Positions 61,653 through 64,000 of a stretch of DNA of 64,000 nucleotides are shown here, in pieces (positions within the stretch are counted from its first letter, which is position 1; the number at the start of each line of letters is the position of its first letter). Source of the stretch: Mobula hypostoma (Eukaryota); NCBI RefSeq assembly GCF_963921235.1, contig NC_086109.1, positions 28,894,001 to 28,958,000 of the forward strand, read 5' to 3'. The notes under the pieces were generated by a model. It was not told where the DNA came from. It saw only the letters and a list, made by a program, of their open reading frames with translations, and searched no databases. Position numbers and translations under genes: made by a program.

Positions 61653-63095
61653 CTGACTGGTCCAGCATTGATAGCCTTTCTCGCTGTCCACTATACCACA
61701 GACCTGGCATCATCTGCAAATCTACAGATCCAGTTTACTACGTTATCATCCAAATCATTATTGGCTGATCTAGTTTATCAAATTATCATCAAAATCATTA
61801 ATATAGATGATTAGCAACAACAGACCTAGCACCAATTTCTGGAGCTACTACTAATTATTGGCTTCCACTCTGAGAGATAATCATCTACTACCACCCTCCA
61901 GCTTCTCCCACTAAGTCAATGTTGAATCCAATTCACTATGTCATCCAGAATGGCAAGCAACTTAACCTCCTGGACCAGCCTCCCATGCAGTGACTTAATC
62001 AAAGGCATACATCAAGCACCAAGCGATAAAAAAAATATTGTATTGATTAATTTGCTTTGCTTTCTCATGATAGTTTATTCTGTATCTCCAATTTTTGGAT
62101 AGTGAATTAAGAACTCTGTAAAGACAAATTTCTGTAACCCAAAAAGTTGTAATGCAGGTATCATCTGTGCTTGTCTCATCGTTCTTGGTGACAGAATGGA
62201 TAGCTCAAGGAAATGCTGATGGAATAGCCTCACCAAATAACTCAGTGAATTTTGTAGATGGCACACTCTACAACTACGACTGCCCAGTGGAAGAGAAGGA
62301 AATATAATAGCCAGTAGGATTCCAATCCACTCTGTTTGCTTTGTTCTAAATGGTGCTAACTTCCTGAGTACTGTTAGGACTATCTCTTCCAGGCAAGCAG
62401 AGAGCAATTAATCAAGTCTCCTTGCTTGTGCATATAGATGAGAAAAAAGAGGTATTGGGGTGTCAGAAAATAAATTATTTACTGCAGGATATCCGGTCTC
62501 TTGCTTACCACTGTGCATCTGCAACAAATACACATACGGCCGGTCCAGCTAATTAAAAAATGGTGACTCCAAGACACTGCTGGTTGGAGATTCAGTCATG
62601 GCAAAGAGTGTTTTCTGATTATTTGTATTTGAGTTAGTACAATATTAGCAGTTCATTTGATAGTAGGAACTTTGAAGCCAAAACTCAACTCACGCATAAC
62701 TGTTTTCCTGTATTTTCCAACAGGAGATATTTATGGTGATAAAGAGGATGAATCCATACCTATTTTTCCCCTTAAGATCAAAATTGCTTTGACTAACCGT
62801 TATCCTCCTTCATTTGTATTGATTGAGTTCAAAGTAGAGAGTGAAACAGGATGAATCTCGGTCTGTATTGCTCAGTTTACTCAGCAATTAAACCAAAATT
62901 GCAATGAAATGCTAAGAAAGGTGAAGCTGGAAATTGAAATTAGAAAGAAGTAATTCAGGATCTAGTTGGCTGATTTGACACAATTCCAATGAAGTTGAAG
63001 TGTTAACTGTACTTCTCTCCCTACGTATGTGTCTGATCTACCAAGCGTTTTCAGAAATTTCTGCCTTTATTTCAAAGGTAAAATATATTTCTTAA

Positions 63096-63345
63096 AAACA
63101 AGAGATTCTGCAGTTGATGGAAATCAAGAGTAGCATGTACAAAATACAGGAGGAACTCAGCAGGTCAGGCAGTATCTAGGAATAAAGAGTCAGTATTTCA
63201 GATGTCATGGTGCACATCAGCAGTGGTGCAAAAAGATATGCCTTTCTAACCCTATTGATGTGTCTAGCCTGAAATTTCAACTCTTTATTTCTCTCCATAG
63301 ATATTGCCTGACCTGCTGAGTTCCTGCAACATTTTTTGTGTATTA
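63096..63345. mobile_element. Fold-back Penelope-derived mini-element, degenerate
   Basis: ggaactcagcaggtcaggca (left) is inverted to tgcctgacctgctgagttcc (right). Confidence 0.75.
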
Positions 63346-64000
63346 AAATGTATTTCTCTGTTTTATTCACGTTTGTTTGTGTTGTATATAATTATGAACA
63401 ATGAAAACAGTTACGACCATTTTGCAATTGATTTATTCCCTCACATTTTGACTAACATATGGCATTCTTTAAGGACCTTGATCCATTTTCTTCACATCAA
63501 TTAATATATATATCAGATAAAAATTAAGGCATTATCTAAGTTGGATGAAATTCAAACTATCATTGCTGAGTTGCAGACAAGATGAACAGTCTTTTGGAAC
63601 AGTGAAATTTACTTCCATGAATTATCGTATTTTCAAAACTTAGTAGATATGTTTATATCTGGAGAATGGGGAGAAAACTTAACCTACATAAAGAGTAATT
63701 TTTTTTTAAACGTTTAAATCATTCCATTAAATCATGTCTGGAGATCAATTGTATTTTTTTCCCCTTGGTGCGCTAAAGTTCATTGCTCCAATCCAAGAAT
63801 ATGACTTAGTTGTTTAATAGGGTCTGGTATAGAGAGATAAGTCCATAGACTGGGATTAGGTAGGCAGATGGCAAATCCTGGGAGTGGCTGTGAGGGAGGC
63901 CAGCGATCCCAGATGCAGGAATGATCTGTCTCATCATATAGAAGTCTGATAAAATATCATATGCAATATGTGCAAGATTGTATTTTAAGAAGCATCTGAA

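Larger units (their letters stand above)
60040..62010 (-). mobile_element. CR1-like LINE hosting a V-SINE, an RTE-SINE-like piece and a Penelope fragment
   Basis: 3' tail at ~60040-60190; gtgaccagaactgcacataatactcca; reverse FADD remnant (catcatctgcaaa) at ~61710. Confidence 0.8.

Overview
Repeat-dominated vertebrate non-coding DNA. The repeat set (V-SINE/HE1-like SINEs, CR1, Rex1/Babar-like LINEs, Neptune-type Penelope elements) suggests a cartilaginous fish, probably a ray; this is an inference. No host protein-coding exon was recognised. Main contents: (1) A very young 4.83-kb Gmr1-like Ty3/Gypsy LTR element (24295-29121, minus). It has near-identical 858-bp LTRs, a CACT TSD, a tRNA-Pro PBS and a PPT. 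Its single open 946-aa ORF keeps Gag (coiled coil, CA/SCAN-like, CCHC) and protease intact, while integrase, RT and RNase H are reduced to remnants (YIDD->CIGN). It looks like a recently mobile non-autonomous 'Gag-protease only' element. (2) The 5' part of a Sushi/PEG10-like Gypsy with a self-priming signature. (3) Two older RT-deleted Mag-like Gypsy elements, each with both LTRs and a TSD. (4) Penelope-like fragments with a GIY-YIG ORF and minimal hammerhead motifs, including fold-back mini-elements. (5) Tc1-type composite elements capped by tiny TIR-TIR hairpins. (6) A tRNA-Lys(CTT) gene with one acceptor-stem mismatch. (7) Many nested SINE/LINE relics. Family names come from motif recognition, not database searches, and boundaries of old repeats are approximate.
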